Positions 55,758-64,000 of a DNA stretch of 64,000 nucleotides are shown here, piece by piece. A program made the position numbers and the translations under genes. This DNA comes from Paraspadella gotoi (lineage: Eukaryota > Animalia > Chaetognatha), in the NCBI GenBank assembly GCA_051294375.1, contig CM119266.1, positions 8,270,606 through 8,334,605 of the forward strand, given 5' to 3'. How positions within the stretch are numbered: the stretch's first letter is position 1; each line of letters starts with the position of its first letter. The notes under the pieces were generated by a model. That model made no database searches. It was given only the letters and a program-made list of their open reading frames with translations, and was not told the origin of the DNA.

Positions 55758-56366
55758 AACGATGGTTGTTGTTGGTTGTTGCTGCTGTTGTTGCTGCAGC
55801 TGCAGGTACTGTTGGTCCTACGGCTGCTATTTTTTTTTCGGGAGATATTTTTAATGCCGTTTTTATTGTTGCTTTGTTTGTTATATTTATGGTTTTTATA
55901 TAAACTCTACGACATTTCATTACAAAGTTGTTGATAAAATTTATAAAATAATACGATTAATTTAACACCGCAAAGATGTAAGCGTTCGAAACTAACTCAG
56001 TTAAAATAACAAAATATTATTCCCTGATGATCCTACTGTCAAAGATTAAAATTCGAAATTACAATTTGGCGACTTTTCATAATTTTGTCACAACTCCCGT
56101 GACTTGATCCTCTCACAAATCTCATTCCAGCTCCTCCTTCTACTCATATGACGATCCCATCAACATATCGCTATGTCAATTCTATTCACTACTCTCATCT
56201 TAGATTGATCACACGATTCAAATCGCACACTTCTTCCCTGCTCCTATTACAAGTCTCAACCACAACACCCCCCTCTCCCTACCTGCTTTTCTTATCACAA
56301 CTCCTATCACTTCCCCCTCACACCTTCTTCTCTTCCTCCATTATCTCCGTGAGATAAAAGAGGTGA

Positions 56367-57398
56367 TCAAAGGCTTCGGCGTCGGGAGAGAGAATCGATT
56401 TCCAATCTGCCGCCAAAACTAAATCTTTCTTTCTCTCTCTTTTCGAAGTCGTTTGAGTCCAAGAGTCCGTGGAAGCGCAATCTGTTGGAGGGGAGGGAGA
56501 ATTAATAATTGGGTGAGCGATCGGATGAGGAGCTAAGAGGACTGAAGATGACTTGCGCAACTTCTTTAACCCCCCTCTAGTAGCTTGGCAACGGGATCTG
56601 GGCTTGGATCCAGGCAGAGGGGCTCGCTGCGCCTTCGAGGCGGTTTACGGCCGTCGTCACGTTTACCGTCGGGTAGCTACCGGGCTGGGATTGAACCCGG
56701 GTACCTAGTGTACTTAAGGTTAGGGTTTTTCACAATGAGCCACCGTCTATTGGCAAGTTGATCCTGTACGCTACAGAAAAACTGGCCGATTGATAACTAA
56801 ATTTGACTTCTTGGTCGGCAATTTAAATATGATTGACATTTTGAATGATTGACTTAATGACTAATTGAATTAATAATTTATTTATTTTTTTATTTACAGA
56901 ATTACTTACTGATTGTTTGATGAATTTTTACTTGATTTGACTCATTGATTGGTTGATTGACTCATTGATCGTTTGTTTGATTGATTGACCGATTCGATCA
57001 TCTTCACCCGAATTTATCGTTCTCGTCGACGCAGCCGGCGTCACCCTCGCCGACGTTGCCGGAGTCGCCTTTGCCGACGCGCCCCCTTGTCGGCCTAGCG
57101 TCGACCTGGCTCCGCTGTGTCGGTGAGATCTGGCCGACGGACAACGACCCTCCATCTGTCGGTGAGAAGATCTGACCGACGCCGATCTCGACGGGGTCAT
57201 CGCTGTGGAGACGAGGAATGTATTGAAATAAAAAAAACTAAACAAACAAAATTATAAACAAACAAATAAACAAAATAAAAAACAAAACAAATAAAACAAA
57301 AACCATACAAAAACAAAAATGGGAAAACAAAAGGGCAACCGGCGGTTTGCATCGAAGTCGCGTGGTGAGGATGATATGATTCGTTGATGAGGAGCCAT
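56367..57398 (-). CDS. Probable cytoplasmic-tail exons of the LRR-FN3-TM gene (about 57398-57340, 57202-57008, 56481-56367)
   Basis: AG acceptors after pyrimidine tracts; one phase-consistent path reads MAPHQRII...RDDPVEIGVGQIFSP...GLRFHGLLDSNDF...SRRRSL*. Linking it to the TM exon needs a 1-nt indel or an alternative donor. Confidence 0.35.
56562..56747 (-). mobile_element. tRNA-derived SINE-like element
   Basis: Minus-strand A-box TGGCTCATTG (56742-56733), B-box GGGTTCAATCCC (56698-56687), GC-rich body; no complete cloverleaf. Confidence 0.55.
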
Positions 57399-57509
57399 CT
57401 GGAGGAGGAGGAGGAGGAGGAGGAGGAGGAGGAGGAGGAGGAGGAAATGGGGAAAGGAAGGAAAAGATGGGAAGGGTTGGAAAAGTGTCAATCTGGAAAG
57501 AGAGAGAGT

Positions 57510-57561
<52 letters not shown>

Positions 57562-57635
57562 GAGTAGAGAGAGAGAGACTTATATAAAAGACTCCTAACT
57601 TACTCCTTCTTTCGCCCCTATCCTCCCCTCTTCCT

Positions 57636-64000
<6,365 letters not shown>

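Overview
Eukaryotic (animal, probably invertebrate) draft-assembly DNA: AT-rich, extremely microsatellite-rich, with GC/CpG-rich exons and short GT-AG introns. Most ORFs in the supplied track are microsatellite artefacts. Splicing exons by hand gives two recognisable genes: a PLEKHG5/Syx-like DH-PH RhoGEF (+, core 45309-51354, ending in the PDZ ligand ...TLEASEV) and an LRR-LRRCT-FN3-TM receptor (-, running off the right edge). There are also two multi-exon low-complexity ORF sets with internal repeats (1111-5524 and 25617-29286; the second may be the RhoGEF 5' end) and a small candidate gene near 55 kb. Repeats include two families of non-autonomous Helentron/DINE-1-like elements, a 117-bp perfect-TIR MITE inside a (TATC)n tract, tRNA-derived SINE-like pieces and minisatellites. 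A ~4.1-kb inverted duplication (6490-10611 / 12466-16642) is most likely a gap-filling artefact. Best leads: a splice-donor stop that toggles the RhoGEF PDZ ligand, an intronic 51-bp array complementary to an LRR exon's 3' splice region, and a duplicated 15-aa motif differing only at synonymous sites. I found no clearly new multi-gene system. All gene models are manual and unverified by RNA data.
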